From contig JAAOMT010000566.1 in assembly GCA_016748015.1 (NCBI GenBank), forward strand, positions 248,001 to 312,000: a DNA stretch of 64,000 nucleotides, given 5' to 3'. This stretch comes from Geosiphon pyriformis uo1. Taxonomy: Eukaryota > Fungi > Glomeromycota. The position numbers and the translations under genes were made by a program. The notes under the pieces are model-generated. The model was not told the DNA's origin. It searched no databases and saw only the letters and a program-made list of their open reading frames with translations. Positions 49,958-63,700 of the stretch are shown here, piece by piece. Numbering within the stretch: position 1 is the first letter of the stretch; the number at the start of each line of letters is the position of its first letter.

Positions 49958-52900
49958 CTATTCGGCACCAAAGTTATCTTCAAACTCTTCTTCATCTAGG
50001 GTTTCATCAGTCAAAAAGTGCAACAAAAAGTTCTTTTTTCTTTGTGCATGTGAATCTAACACACGCTCAGTAGACTTTGAACGCAGCAAAACCGACCCAA
50101 GAACTATTGCTAAATAAATAATCCAGTTATTTTCATATGAGAATAAAACCAGATTGGTCAAAATAATCGTTAATAATGTGATCATGAGTTAAAAATTACA
50201 GGCAATTACTTTTAGAAATTTGGCCTACCAAGCATTTCAATACGAGCAAAATCTTTTTTCTTATTTTGACAAATTACCTCTCGTAAAAACGAGGTCACGT
50301 ATATGAACACGTTTGCATGAACGCTTGGTATTAACTCAATTACCTGTAAAATGTATATAATAAACATTGTAAATGAGATGAGAAAATGTAATAGGATTCT
50401 TCAATGTAAGTTTTTGATACCTCATGAGCGGCCAGTCGATTAGTCACATTTAAGCATTGATCGTACAAATGGTATGGGATCACAGGTTCTGGTAAGGACT
50501 CGAGAAATCGAATCAGCGATTCAGCCATTGAATGAACCCCAATATTTTCACCAAGCCCATCTTGCGGAGGTGTTGTTAAGTTCTCGGAATAGGCGGTCAA
50601 TATGGAGATATCAGTCAAATGCTTTCCATGTTCATTAGGTGTAGCCTCGTCATCTTCATATCCGATAGGTGGGGGTGATGGTGCCTTCGGTGGCTGCTGA
50701 AGAAGCAGTTTGAGATCAAACTCCTCCCCAGTGTCCAAGCATTCCCGAATGTGTTTCATCATTGGTTGATGACCAGATACCAAAAATAAATCGTCCTGTG
50801 GTGGTTTTTCAAAAAATTAGTAACTTTCGAGATGAGTTTAGATTGATTTGAGAAATGAAGCCTACCAAATTTAGGCCATAGCGGCTGATAAAATCCAACA
50901 TTCGCCATATTTCTCTTGGGACACTTATCTGATGTTCAATGGGATATAAAGGCAGATGCTCCTGGTGAGTCCGCTTTATGGGCTTTGGCAGCCGCACTAG
51001 TCGTTCAAGGTTATTGGCAAAACATGTCGGCGTATAATTCCCATGTACTGATATGAAAAAGTCTTTGCCGTTTTCCAAATGCATAATTAAGATATCCTCC
51101 ACTTTGCTACCGGCATTAAGAGCTGGTGCTGATATGTTATCAATTGCGACAATCAATTTTATTGCCTCTTTCTCTCCTATATGAATATAAGAAATCATTT
51201 TGAGAACATTAGGCCAAAAATTTGGCTATAAATTTAAGGTTTGTTTGATAGATTACCAGGAATGATGTATCCTTGTGCAGGCTCAATACTTAACCAAGGT
51301 TGACAAATGTGTCGTTCATCCATTTTAGGAACAAATTTGAACTTTAAAATTACCTGCCCAGTATTTTCTATTGTGACAATTTTTGTCTGCGGTTCTCCAA
51401 AATATTGAAGGTCACCATAGTCAAATACCGAGCAAGAAATTTTTGCATCTGGCATATTATCATTTTCGAATTTATCTAGCTCCCGAACAATGCTACTATG
51501 GACCTCATTATACTTGTAGGGTATAATTTTTTTAATCTATAATTGAGGGAATCAATTAATAATTAATTTTGGTGCGAATGCTTTTGTAATATAATCGGAA
51601 ATTAAACTAATGTTGGCTAACCTTCATATTGAAGACAGCACTAACAGGTTTATGATCACTTTGTGTGATTTCCATGTGACTTCGATATGCGAGTTGTTGA
51701 ATGCCGTTATTTTCTTTACTTCGCCATAATATTCGGTCTGTCCATGCAGGAGCCCTGTTCTTCTCACTTGAGTAGAAGTACATGTAGAAATATTTAGAAT
51801 GGCTGAAAAATATGACCTTTTCACTTTTTACATAGCTAAATTACCTTGAATCCCAATTATTTGTTCTAACATCATATTTATATGTTGGAGCAAAAGTAAT
51901 TTGACCCTCTTCAAATTCATCAAAGGCCCATTTATTTTTCCTTTGAATCCCAAGCTATGTTAAGCCCAGAGTGAATTAAGATTTAGATCAATCTTAGAGT
52001 GGATAATCGAATTTGAGCAAAAAATTTACTCATAAAACACCTAGACATACCTGATCGAATTTGAGCAACACATCTATCTCTTTCTTTGACCAAAGATCCT
52101 TAATTTCATATTCAGGCAAAGCTTCAATACGATAATTCAAGTCACCCATCCAAATCAGATGGCTAATATTTACAGTTTGTTTTAGCTCACTTAATCAAAT
52201 AAAATAGCGTATAATATTAAAAGTCAGTTTTGCGCATACTCTGAATCGAAAATCGAGAAAGCCTTTCCCTGAACAGCTCCATATGATCCACTCATGCCAA
52301 CCATCCCTCCTATATTATTGACAGCTGCGGATAAGACACCCGGTGTTGAAGGTAAACCACCGGTCAGCCCAATATTTGAAGAGGTTGTTGAAGTTGAAGA
52401 TATCGGTATTGGGTTTATGGGTGAGATTGGAGACGAAGGTAATGGATATAGAGGATTGATTGGAAAAGAAATTCGTCGACAAATCTCAAGATAGTCTTGA
52501 TTCCGTCGCTGAACTTGATTATCATCGGCTGCCAGATGACAATTAACAAAACATATCGTCGTATCATGAAATCTCATTCGAATTGAGACACCACCTTTAT
52601 TTCCCTATAATTTGTTGAATTAATTAGTAATTTTATGACTGGTTAAAGTTAAGAGAAATTTGGCTTAACGGTAAATTGTCAAATACAGGCTAATCAGATT
52701 CAATAACGTAACTAATCCGTCAAATAAGGAGGGGTAACGCTTAAGGATGCTGATTCAACTTTCATAATCTTACCAAAAATCATCATACCATCATGCCCAT
52801 TATCCCAACTCCAGCAGAATCAGTTTGGATATCTTTGACAATAGTAAAATGTTCTTTCTTCACAAAAATCATAAGTAACATTCCAATTAATTGTTTGGAC

Positions 52901-53424
52901 ATTATCTGTTAAAATATTTTATTAAAATTCATATATATAAAATTTCAAACCCCATTTTTCTTAAATAAATCTTGCCTTCCAATAATTATTCGCTCTACCT
53001 CCCAATCCATGAGCTACGGCGCTAGTCCAATCCTCCTCTCTTGTACTATCATAGAGGAGAAATGCCTCGGCACTTAAATCTAACTCTTGAAAACTTTGTT
53101 CGTAAAATTTTATATGATCAGCGCCATGGAGAGAATTCACCAAAAAAAAAATTAAAGAAAATGTCTCTTATTCTCACCCTATTGCATAAATGTCTGGCTC
53201 TGTTTCACACGCAAGCCAGGTGTCAAGTATGTCTGATGCAAACTTGCCATTTACGTTCCAAGTCGCAGCAAATACACTTCGGGATATTATTTGATATGTT
53301 TTTGGAAAAGAAATTCTAAATGCAACTTTCAAACAAAAAGGATTTAAATTTCTTACGATATTGTTTGCTGTTCGATGAACTCTGCTTCTCGCTCCAGCAT
53401 ACGCTTAGCCACATAGTCACTCAT
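49958..53424 (-). CDS. OCRL: Inositol polyphosphate 5-phosphatase, OCRL/INPP5B type (5-phosphatase, ASH, RhoGAP-like), about 13 exons; start codon uncertain
   Basis: [58 protein letters not shown]; ASH-like IENTGQV..F.FVPK..WLSIEP; RhoGAP-like VPREIWRM and [12 protein letters not shown]. Confidence 0.93.
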
Positions 53425-53579
53425 AGTTGAAAATGGAAGGCTTAATGAAGTACTAGTCCACGGCAGCGAGAGGTAAATATCATAGTTTGATCATTTGGCT
53501 TATTGTACAGTTACATTAAAGAATTTCCTTTTTGCGATAAATCTTTCTGAGTGTGACGAAAATGTGGTACAATAATTTT

Positions 53580-55629
53580 GGGAAATTTATTAAAATTTAA
53601 AAATAAATATTTTATGTCAAGGTTTTATTAATTAATACTTAATAATTCAATTTGCTTTTGTTGTTAAAATTTTTGCTTCTGAAAATATTTAAAGATTATA
53701 ACTATTTTTTCTTGGAAGTAAAATTTGTTCCAAAGCTATCCGAATTTTAATAATGACAGTTCTAATTTTGAAATCAACCAATTTTAATAATATTGTTGGT
53801 CTTTAAATTAATTTCGGAAATTATTTTAAAAGAATTAATTCTGAACCTGACAAGATTATAATGATAAATTAGTTTCAACTCGTAAAATTATTAATTTTAA
53901 ACAAAAAATTAATTTCAAAAGTGATTTTGTTTTTTTTTATTTATAGTTTGAATAAAATAAATTTGAATAATTGCATTTATTTTAAGTGTTAAAACTTTTC
54001 AACCATTAATTAATACATTTTTTGAAAAACGCCTTTTTTTATACTTTTTTAAAAAATATTGTTAAAGTTTAATATCATTATTTTGACAAATTTTCAATTA
54101 TTAAAGAAAGTATAATTTAATTATTATATTTAATTATGTAAATTATTACAAATTTGATTACCAATAAAGAAACAATTAATAAAAAATTTGAAATAATATT
54201 ATAATCCAAAGTTAATAGTAGAGATTAAGCATAATTTTATGATAATTTTTGGTTTAAATTTCAATTAATCACAGCATTTTAAGTCTAGATTTCTATTGAA
54301 AAAGAAGATAAATAAAAATACCCAAAATAAACAAATATAATTTATTTCCGTTTTTTGTTAATAATAATTTGGCTTCAAAGTGATTTTATGAGATTTTTTA
54401 TTATAATTTTTTGTTTTGATTTACCAAAAAAATTTTCACTTGGTTATAAGTAAATAATTTTAAATTTATTATCAAATATACAACCTAATTAAAATACTTA
54501 AATACTTTATTTTTTATATTTAACTTCTATTTAAAAAAATATAATAAAAAAATTTTTAATTTTATGTTTTAAATAATTATTTAATATTGTTAAAAAAAAT
54601 TTTTTTATGTTAATTGAATTATTTTTATTTTTTATTGTATTATCTATGTGTTTTGATTATTTTATTTTATTTTTATTTATGCAATTGGACTACACTTTGT
54701 TAAAGCATAAAGAAAAAAATTTACATTAAAAGTTAAAAAAAATTTTATTTGTCTTAACTAAATATAGTTTTATTAAAATCTATAACTTATGTTTTTCAGC
54801 AACATATAACTAACTTAAATCAATTTACTTATTTATTTTTTAAATTAATATTTAATACTTTAATCTTATCAAAATATTTGGTTTATTCTTTACAAGTTTT
54901 AATAATTATTTTTTAATTGTTTTTTTATTTAATTTTATTTTATTTTTATAATTAATAACAAATAATTTATAATTTTTAAAGTATTTTTAAGTCTTTTATT
55001 TGTTTTTAAATTGGTTAAAATTCTTAAGCATAATAGTACTAAATTAATAATATATTCAATTTAAATTTTTAAAGAAACAAAACAATATTTAAATATTTAT
55101 AGCAAAATTAACTTAAACAACCAAAAAAAAGCAACCAAATTTATAAAAAATTTAATTTTTGTAATTATAAATTTAATAACAACAAATAAATTTTGCAACT
55201 TAAATTTAAAAAAACTAATTTAAATTTATAAGTTTTATTGGCAAAACAGCTAAAAAACTAGAATAAAACATTATTAAAAAAACAAAAATTAGCATAAAAT
55301 ATGAATTTAATAAAAAAAATTTAAATACAACAGAAAACTTGAAAATTTTTTAATAAAAACAACAAAAATAGTTTTACAAACAAAAATCAAATAATTTAGT
55401 ATTAATATTAAAAGTTTTTTATCAAATATATCTTTTATATAAAGTATTAATATTATTAATAATTTTTTTATTTTAAACTTTTTTAAAATTTAAAATAAAA
55501 ATTATAAATTATTAATAATAATAAATATTAAAAAATTAAAAAATAAATCAAGTTTAATTACCAACTTAAAACATTAAATTATTAATTTAAAAAACTATAC
55601 AACCAAAAAAAATTAATTAATTTAGTCAT
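53580..55629. other. Extremely AT-rich eroded tract between OCRL and the LTR
   Basis: Very low G/C, no credible ORF. Confidence 0.55.
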
Positions 55630-56424
55630 TGTTACAAGTAACTATTTCTGGTGTTGGATTAAGTAACAAATCCGTAACTTGGTACTCAAATCTAGTTGTA
55701 GTTAATAGTAATCTGAAGGTTTGTGTCTGAAGGATTTGTATCCAAAGAGTTTGGTTGAGTTCTTTGTATAATAAACAGAGATTCAATGGTAATAGTTTTA
55801 TCCATAGCTTCTCAAAACTGCAGTTTCATCAATTTCTTTCTCAGCTTAATGGCCGGTATTTCTCTTGATAAGCTATTCTCAATTAAGTGTTCTACTCTTA
55901 TTTCTGGGTCTTTTACCAGTCACGTTTATCCTGATGTCAGTACCTCATGTGTTAATTCTCAATAGAATTAGTAAACAACAATAAAATCAAAGCAAGAAAT
56001 AAAAAAAATAAAAAAAAATAAAAAAAGAAAGAAATAAGCCAAGACAATTTGCAAGTTAGTATTCTGTTAATAGCCATGATCAAGAGCTATTGTTCCAGTA
56101 TAGTTAAGTATCAATTACTATCAACATGAAGTGTTGATAGTGGCAGCAGGTTTGAGATAACAAACAGTTATTTATTTGTGGTTTGGAAAGTTGTCTAGAT
56201 GAAATTTAAATTGAGAGGTCTGTCTTTTTAGCTTCTAATCCTACTGCTATATATACATAATTGAGATTCCTCAATTCCTCAATTTTTTACAACAGGAATC
56301 CTGAGATTTCTGAAATTTTGCAATTTCTTTGAGAAAAATCCTGAAATTCTACATTTTACTATGTTTACTTCTGATTGGTTAATAACTATGCTAATATATA
56401 TTCCCTATATTTCTATGAGTAATA
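55630..56424 (-). repeat. 3' long terminal repeat, about 795 bp, preceded by a polypurine tract at 56425-56439
   Basis: Minus strand reads AAAAGGAGGGAATAA then TATTAC (eroded TGTTAC) and ends GTAACA at 55630. Confidence 0.75.
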
Positions 56425-56437
56425 TTATTCCCTCCTT

Positions 56438-57169
56438 TTAATATTGAGCTCTGTCAAAATCTAACTCTGTTAATTCCCCTTCTTGAAGTATTTCCTGAAT
56501 TTTATTTTCGAGAATTACTTATGTTATTTGAGTCTGTAATTCTTCAAATTGAGTGTTGGTAATCTTTCCTAATTGATTACTGGTAATTGTATCCATTACT
56601 TTGTTGAGTAAGATTTCTGGTCGATCCTAAAATGCTGTGTGTATTCAGTATATGGCTCGGGCCTGTGTGAATAAGTTGTTCTTTTCCACAAAATGTTCTA
56701 ATTGTTGTAGTATTCTTGTGTTGAATAATCGCTTTGTTTTATCTATATATAGATTCTGGATATTCACGTGTTGTCCCAAGTAAAAATAACAATAGTTTCT
56801 TGGAAATTGTTGTATCCACCAATTCCAAGTTTTTTTAGTCAACTCTTGGTATAGTGACTCTTTTGTCAACTCTTTTATTGCTAATTTTACTTTTGCAATG
56901 ATTTTGTTAATAGTATTTTCTGTTTTCTTCTGTGTTTTATGTGGTGATGTCTTTCTAGTGTCTTGATATCAGATGGTTTGTTAATTAATTGTAATTTCCA
57001 TCTCTTGGTGTTGAATTAATTAAAAGAGTTGTTATGCTAGTAAGTAGATGTTGTCTGTAATTTCCATTTTTCTGATATTTCTTGTCGCGTCTATCATGTC
57101 TTTATATATTTTTTGATGGATTAATTTAACGTGTTGTTGTTAATGATGATGATTGGTTCCAGATCTCAT
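56438..57169 (-). pseudogene. Extra 244-codon ORF of unknown function between integrase and PPT
   Basis: One frame from ATG 57169 to TAA 56438 with no frameshift; internal stops are each one transition from CAA/CGA/CAG; includes track ORF 56645-56869. Confidence 0.6.
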
Positions 57170-58502
57170 GGAATTTTCTCTGGTTGGGCTAGTATCTTCT
57201 GTACTCCTAATTGTGGAATATTATTGGTGGATGTTGGTATAATGTTGTGGTATGGTTTTAGTCGATCTCTATGTGCTGTTTTGGTTAAGATTTTGTTATC
57301 CAGTCTTAATTTATAAGCTCTATTCTTTAGAATTTTTTCTATGTGAAATGGTCCATTCTATTTGGGGTCAAATTTTCCACTCCATTGTTTTTTTGCTTTG
57401 GTATAATATAAGAGTACTTTGTCTTCAATCTTGAATTCAACTGGTTTGTCTGGTAGTTGATTATCATGTCTTTCTTTTTGTTTCTCTTGTGACTTTTGTA
57501 TATTATCAGCTGCTCTTTTTCATTTGTTTTCCAATGTTTCCATTAAGTCATATGTCTTCTTAACAATGTTTCTTGAAAATTTTCTTCTGTTATTGGTTCA
57601 GTTGGATATGTGTTAACCTTTATCTCAACTGGTAATATTGCTGTTCTACTATATATTAATTCAAATAATGTTGCTTGTATGGTGTCTTACTTTATTGTCC
57701 GATAAGCAAATAATACTGATGGTATGAACAAATTCTATTCATTCTGGTTTTCTTGGCTGAGTTTTACTATTGCTTTACACAATATTCTATTAAATCTTTC
57801 AACTAATCCATTGGTTTGTGGATGGTATGGTGATGATAATAGTCTCTTAATTCCGAATTTTTGGCTTAGTTCTCCTAATGTTCTATTCACAAAATAGGTT
57901 CCTTGGTCTAATAATAGTTCTTTTGAACATCCATGTCAACAAATCAGATCTTGATGGACAAATTCGGCAATGGATTCTACATCCGCTCTTTGAATTGCTT
58001 TGGCTTCTGGTCTTTTAGTAAGATAGTCTATGGCTACTGCAATATATATGTTGCCTCTGCTAGTAATTGTCAATGGTCTAACTAAATCGATTTCAATATG
58101 GTCAAATGGTTGTCCCACTTTGATTGGTTTCAATGGTTCGCTGGGTCTTGTTCCTCTTCTTCTTTGACAAGCATCACAATTTTGCACATATTAAATAATA
58201 TCTGGATACATTAATGGCCAATAGTATCTCTTTCTGGTTCTTTCCATGGTTGCTTCTTTATGAAAATGTCCTGCAGTTGGATTTGAGTGTATGTTAAACA
58301 GTATTGTCTTCTTTTCTGGTTCTGTAATTACTCTGGTTGGTTGATCTGAATCTTTTCTATTTTTCCAATAAAGTATATTTTGGTAAGTGATAAAATATTT
58401 GGATTGTTGTTTGATTCTCTTTTGTTCCAGTTGAGATAATTTCTTCTTGAACTGTTAAGTATCTATATAATGTTAAAGTTGTTGATATTTTTGTGTGTTC
58501 AT
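57121..58502 (-). pseudogene. Gypsy-type integrase (HHCC, DDE core, GPY/F module)
   Basis: HSNPTAGHF..YYWP..CDACQRR; PFDHIEIDL; YHPQTNGLVERFN; FKIEDKVLLY..KFDPK..GPFHI. Confidence 0.9.
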
Positions 58503-60399
58503 CTTTTGTTATATTTTCATGAGTATTGTTTTGGTTTTGTTATATTTTTGGGTTGAAATGTTCTTAAATTTGTTTCATTCGTGACAAACTGTCAGCATTT
58601 CCATTGTCTTTTCCTTTTTTATAATGTATGATATAAATATATGACGCAAGTGCTATTTTCTATCTTGACTGTCTTCTGTCTCCAAATTCTTGTTTTTGGA
58701 ATGATGTCAATCCTTTGTGATTTGTGTATACCTCAAACTTTTGGCTCAAGTATTCTTTCCATTTCATAACTGCCCAATAGATTGCTAAATATTCTAATTC
58801 TGGTGTTCCATAGTTCTTTTTGGCTGGTGTTAAACCTCAGCTGACATATGTGACTGAATGTTCTCTTCTATCCAATCCTCTCTAAGATAGTACTGCTCCC
58901 AATGCTTGACCTGATGCATCAGTGGTAATAATAAATGGTTTACTATGATCTGAATAGATCAATACTGAAGCTTAAATAAGCTTTCTTCTTAAGATGTCCA
59001 ATGCTTCTTGCTGGGTTTTAGTCTATTCATACTTTGTATTTTTGGTTTGAAGATCATTGAGTGGTTGTGCTATCTTTGAAAAGTTCTTTATGAAACATCT
59101 ATAATAGTTTGCAAATCCCAAGAATGATTTCAGCTCAGTTATATTGGTTGGTATTGGAAAGTTTTTTACTATTTCTATTTTCTCCAGATCTGTTTTTATG
59201 CTGTCTTTGCTAACTATGTGTTCTAAGAATTTTAGTTCTGTTTTGCCAAAAAAAACACTTTGTTGCATTCAATTTTAATCCTGTTCATTGTAGTCTTTTG
59301 AACACTTGTTGGAGATGATGTAGATGATTATCAAATGTTTTTAAGAACACATTGGTGTCATCCAAGTATACAACTACTGATTTCCACAATAAGCCAGTGT
59401 ACACGATTTCCATTAACTATTAAAATATAGCTGGAGTATTGGTTAAGCCGAATGGCATAACTTCAAACTCAAAGTTTCCCTCTCTTGAGGTAAACACCAT
59501 TTTTTCTTTGTCAGCTGGATTCATGGCTACTTGCTAGTAACCACTATCCAAGTCTAACGTTGAGAACCATTTGTTTCCACCGAAAGCATCAAATAGTTCT
59601 TGTATTCATGGAGTTAGATAGCTGTCTCCATAAGTTATATCATTGAGTTTCCTATAGTCTACACAAAATTGGATTTTTCCATTTTTCTTATAAATGAATA
59701 CTACTGATAATGACCATGGGCTCATTGATGGCTGAATTAATTCATTGTCAAACATTTGGTTGATCTCTTGACAGATGATTTCATGGCTGGCTGGTAGTAC
59801 CCTATATGCTTGCTGTTTGATTGGTATTGTATCTCCAGTCTTGATCTGATGCTGGATAATATCAGTTCTGCCAAATTCATTTTCACTGGTGAAGATGTCA
59901 TTGAAATTATTGAGTAACATCTTTAATTGCATTTGTTGAAGTGAGTCTAGATTTCTCATGTTCATCTGTTCCAATTGTTTTGGCTGTAACAAATAACATT
60001 TGTTTCGTCTGTAGATGGTTTGTGATGTAATGTCCACATATCCACAAAGCTGTGGAAAATCTGGAATGCTGCTTGGTGCTTGATCTTCAATTTCCATGGT
60101 TAAATATCCAAGAGTGGTTCCTTCCAGTATTTCTACAATATTTCTGGTGTTGTTGTAAATGGGAATTTTGATATGGTTATGGCTCTTGGCTGGTATATAT
60201 AGATTGATAAGTCCAATTTCTCCTGATTCACAAAGGGTTGCTTCTGCTTCAAAAATCTGTTCTTGCTCCTTTTTTCTTCTTTTTATTGCTAACATGTATT
60301 GGCTATATGGTGGAATGAAAACTGTTTGACCAGTTGAGATAATTTCTCCTTGGCTAATAATTTTTTCCTCTACCATATTGACTGGTACATCTATTCTAC

Positions 60400-60790
60400 T
60401 TGTTGATCCAAATCTTTGTATCCCTTTTGCTGTTATCCTTAATTCTTCCCTATTTCCCACTGACATTAACTGAGCTATTTTAACCAGAGGCAGGAATATT
60501 GTCTATGTTATCCTTTCATTTGGCTTTATAACATAAGCTTTTTCTGAGTTATTTTGTAGCATAACAATGATATTTCCTACATATCCTGTATTAATTATTC
60601 CTCCTCTGATGTTTATCCCTCTTTTCACTAAACTACTTTTTGAAGTTAGTTGAACCATTGTTGTTGCTGGAATTCCCAAAGCTATTTTGAGATCTATGCA
60701 GGTATGCAAATGTGGTTCCAATTTAATAGCATTTTTTCCTGAATACCTTAGATCAAATCTGGTATTAGTATCATGTATGCATTCTGGATT
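60400..60790 (-). pseudogene. dUTPase domain of the Gypsy polyprotein
   Basis: All five motifs in eroded form: TRFDL (AGFDL), KSSL (RSS), GGIINTGYVG (GIIDxGY), ERIT* (RIAQ), KGIQRFGST (RGxxGFGST). Confidence 0.88.
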
Positions 60791-63700
60791 TTAGTTCCAA
60801 TTTTCTGGTCAGATTAGGGATTGTAATATATTGTTCATATTTTAAATCAGAGTTTGAATCTGAGCTTGAATCATCGTCATTGTTATTGCTATTTTGAATA
60901 GAGCTGGAACTGGTGTTTTTATCATTATCATTGTCGGAGTTTGAATCAAGATCAAATGGTGATTCTGATTCTGATGCACAGCTGCTGATTGGTTCCTCTT
61001 TCTCTAGGATCGTGTGGATTATGCAGATTGGTGGATTGTAAATAAGGTCATACTCATTACAATATTAAAAGTCACATAAAATTAAACAGTAGTTACATAA
61101 TTGAGTGTTTAGCTGTGCTAACTGCTCTTCCTGTTTCTTTTTGGTTGGTGCTAAATTTTGATAATGTTCATAGAAGTCTTTTGGGTTGGTCTCAATGTCA
61201 AAGAAAGCATCTGGGTTGGGAACTAAGATAATATTGACTGGTTCTGGAGGATTGTTCTTGATTTTCAAGATTTTACTGGACATGGTGCCTTCTACTTTGG
61301 TATTTGCCATCTGCCAGATTTTGTCTTCATTGTGTGGATATCCGTTTAAGCAAGAGATTGCTCAGTGCCAAGTGGCAGTTATTGGCATACCATGACTTAC
61401 CCAGTCACTGATGAGAATCATGTACTAACACGAAGTGTCACACATTCTTTTTTGACCAGGAATATTGTTCCACATTCCTTTGTCGAGCAACTGTTTACTG
61501 CAAGTGAGACATGGTTTGTTGTTCTACTTGCTTTGTCTTTTTGAGTAGCCATATCATTTGCAGTGGCAAGACTTGCAATAATAGTGGGTTTGCATCCAGT
61601 AATCTTCGTTTGGTGTGATCCAAGCTCCCATGAAAGAAAGTTTCTTTTCACAATCTTTACATTTGAGCAGTATGTGTGGTGGTTGTGGCAATGGTTCATA
61701 GATGGAGTACAAACTTGTCCAGCCACTGGTTACTTGAGGTGTGTTGGTGGTTTGTTCAGGTGACTTGTCTTTCTTTTTTTCTTTCCTCTTTTCTTCCCAG
61801 CTAGTTGTCAGTATGAATTCACTTTCGTCATCTTTATTTCAAGCATCAATAGTGGTTTTCCAAGTAGATTCTTCTCCCTGTTTCTTCTTTTCATTGTTGT
61901 TGTTATCCCAAATGAGTATTGGCAGCAATTTGTTGTGGTCAATATTGGCCCACAAGACTTGGTATGCTTCCTAAATAGGTTTCACTTTTTCATTCTCAAA
62001 TTCAATAAGTGGTGTTGATGACATGGTAATGGGCTTGAAGTGGCCACATGTGGCTGGTACCCATATGTGTTAACTATTCTGGCTAAGCTGGAGCTTTTGG
62101 GTGTTCCAATCTAGTGTTGCGTTGGTTTTGGACAGCCATTCATTTCCAATGAGTGCTTGGTATTGAGTGGCTTTCATGACGAGTACTTTAATTGGTACTA
62201 TGATGCCATTGACTTCTATGGGGAAATCCTCAATCTTTCCAATAGGTGTTTTGGTCGCTCCATCAGCTGTAATAATCCTGGTGCTGGCAGCGCAATCAAT
62301 TCGGTAACCTAATTGATCCATGAATTGTCTTGTGATGATACTGCCAGCTGATCTACTATTTAGGATCAGTTTGATAGAGTGACCATCAACTTTTGCATCA
62401 GTGTACATCATAGTGATGGGTTTCTCCTTGAGTGCTGCTCCACTGAACAAAGGTGGATTGATGGTTTCCTCCAATTTGAAAGAAAAGATGGCTGCGAGAA
62501 ATTTGTTTTCAGTGACCATTACTGGTGGAATATTGTTAGGGAGTGTTGTTTGGGGTGGGTTGAATTCTGAGTTGTTGGTGATGGCATCTTCTGGGATAAC
62601 CAGGAGACTTAAATAGTTCTGAGAATTCGGGTTTTGGGTGAAACCAGTACCCGGATTCCACTGTCGAGAGCCTGATAATTGGTGAGAAGAGCTGGGGATC
62701 AGTTGATAAACAACCATTGCCGATCTCCAGTTTTGAGTGATTCTAGGTCTTGGGTTTCCTGATGTTATTTGAGTGGAGTTTTGGAGTGGTGTTTGAATTG
62801 GTTGTTGGGGCTGATAAATTATTTGGGGCTGTGACTGATAAATTACTGGTGGCTGTGATTGATAAATTGGAGGTTGATATATTGGTGGTGGATAAATTGG
62901 TTTCTGTGTTATTGGCAGGTAAGTGTTTTGATATTGGTCTTGATTTGGATAGTGATTCTGAGTCTGAAATCTGTAATCGGGGTTTCTATATTGATTTCCC
63001 AATCATGAATTGTTGCTATAAAATCAACAGTCAGCTCTAATATGACCTTGTTTACCACAATTGTGGCAAACACACATTTCTGGCTGCCACGGCTAATTGG
63101 TGGAGGATGATAGATGTAATTGATTTGGGAAACAATTTACATTTCTTGAATTATTGTGTCATTGAGATGGTTAATAGATTGCATGATTGTTCACTAAGTA
63201 TTTTTTTATTTTCTGATTGATTGTATCACTAAATTGTTTTAGTTTGAAATCCAAGTCAGATGATTCTTTCATTACTAAATTAATGGCTTGAACATGGTTG
63301 GCTTCAGACTCAGCAGATTTGAAATCTCTGGCATGTGTAACTGTGTCTTGAAGGGTGTCTGGATGTGACAGACATATATGTTGCAAGATGTTGCTGTGCA
63401 GACCACAGATAAACTGGTTGAGGATTTGTGGTGCTGTAAAATAGTTGGCATCAATTGCTTGGATTTGGCACAGATTTTGATAGAAACGTCTCAAGTAAGT
63501 AGTAACTGCTTCTGTTTCTCCTTGTTTCATAGTGCTAAATGTATTGGCTAACCAGTTGATACTGTTATTGTTGCTAAAGTATCTTAAAAATCCCACTTTG
63601 AAGGCATTGAAGTCTTGTGGTTTATTAATCAAGCTCTGATACTATGAATTGGCAGTATTCTTAAGAAAGTAGAGAATGACTTGCATTGCTCAGACGTCAT

